Positions 62,801-64,000 of a DNA stretch of 64,000 nt are shown here, piece by piece. Position 1 is the first letter of the stretch. Each line of letters opens with the position of its first letter. Source of the DNA: Antechinus flavipes (Eukaryota); assembly GCF_016432865.1 (NCBI RefSeq), contig NC_067400.1:245954001-246018000 (forward strand), written 5' to 3'. The notes under the pieces were generated by a model that worked only from the letters and a program-made list of their open reading frames with translations, had not been told where the DNA came from and ran no database searches. The position numbers were made by a program, and so were the translations under genes.

Positions 62801-64000
62801 CTATAGTATTAGAATTAATTATTCTCTTAATGTTTGGTAGAATTTCATATGTAAAAATCCATCTAGCCCTGGAGATTATTTCTTAGGGAGTTGATTAATA
62901 GCTTGTTCTATTTCTTTTTCTAAAATGGGGCTACTTAAGTAATTTATTTCTTCTTCTGTTAATCTGGACAATTTATATTTTTCTAGGTATTCCTCCATTT
63001 CACTTAGATTATCAAATTTATTGACATATAGTTGGGCAAAATAACTCATAATCATTGCTCTAATTTCCTCTCCCTTCTCATTTTTGAGACTAACAATTTG
63101 ATTTTCTTCTTTACTTTTTCTAATCAAATTAACTAAAGGTTTATCTATTGTGTTGTTTTTTTTCACAAAACCAACCCTAGTTTTATTTATTAATTCAATA
63201 GTTTTATTACTTTGAATTTTATTAACCTGCCCTTTTCAGAATTTCAAATTTGGTATTTAATTGAAGGCTTTTAATTTGTTTTTTCCTAGCTTTCTAAATT
63301 GCAAGTCCTATTCATTGATCTTCTCCTTTTCTATTTTGTGCAAATAATTATCTAGAGAGATAAAATTTCCCCTAATAACCTCTTTGGTTGCATCCCCCGA
63401 ATTTTGGTATGTTGTCTCATTTTTGTCATTCTCTTGGATGAAGTTATTGATTGTGCCTATGATTTGTTGCTTCACCCATTCATTCTTTAGAATTAGAATA
63501 TTTAGTTTCAATTAATTTTTGGTCTATTTTCTCTTGGCCTTTTATTGCATGTGATTTTTATTGCATCATGATCTTTAAAAATGAATTTACTATTTCTGCC
63601 TTTCTGCATTTGATTTTGAGGTTTTTATGCCCTAACACATGGTCAATTTTTGCATAGGTTCTATGAATTTGCAAGAAAAAAGTATACTGCTTTTTGTCTC
63701 CTTTCAATTTTCTCCAAAGATCTATCATACCTAACTTTTCGAAAATTCTATTTATTTCCTTCACTTCTTTCTTATTTATTTCATGGTTCAATTTATCTAG
63801 TTCTGAAAGAACAAGGTTGAGATTCCCTGCTAGTATAGTTTTGCTGTCTATTTTTTCTTGCAGCTTTCTCTTAACTTCTACTCTAGGAATATGGATGCTA
63901 TACCACTTAGTGCATATCTATTTAGTATTGATATTGCTTCCTTGTTTATGATACCTTTAGCGAGATACAGTTTCCTTCTTTATCTCTTTTAATTAGATCT
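59850..64000 (-). mobile_element. L1 (3'UTR to EN domain, runs off the window)
   Basis: ORFs 62183-62584 (RT motifs), 62876-63166, 63308-63511 and 63558-63791 are ORF2 pieces. Confidence 0.92.

Noticed and set aside
1-64000. rRNA, tRNA genes, CRISPR arrays, spliced host genes
   Set aside because: No supporting sequence; tRNA-like boxes occur only within SINE heads, and the remaining short ORFs are TE-derived or low complexity.

Overview
AT-rich mammalian genomic DNA. The repeat content (WSINE1-, MAR1- and MIR-type core SINEs, marsupial-type L1, RTE, L2) points to a marsupial, probably a dasyurid; this is inference. The window holds five intact single-exon keratin-associated protein genes, all on the + strand, each with a TATA box and AATAAA: KRTAP11-1-like (2501-2926), KRTAP7-1 (21835-22098), KRTAP8-1 (32299-32490) and two tandemly duplicated KRTAP19/20-like high-Gly/Tyr genes (53221-53514, 58134-58376). 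This is the same order as the distal human 21q22.1 KRTAP cluster. The main hidden finding is a large, decayed endogenous bornavirus-like L-polymerase element (EBLL) on the minus strand between KRTAP11 and KRTAP7 (~13219-20400). Manual translation gives about 20 motif blocks in five segments, colinear with bornavirus L from before pre-motif A to the C-terminal stop codon. It is broken up by SINE, L1, L2 and BovB-like RTE insertions and lacks the catalytic A-C core. The reference L sequence was recalled from memory, so a tblastn is needed to confirm it. Other oddities: an LTR-like 3' end retroposed with poly(A) and a 13-bp TSD, an internally primed L1 fragment with a 16-bp TSD, and a short telomeric insertion inside an L1. 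No rRNA, tRNA or CRISPR was found. There is one assembly gap (25604-25746). Repeat boundaries without a TSD are approximate.
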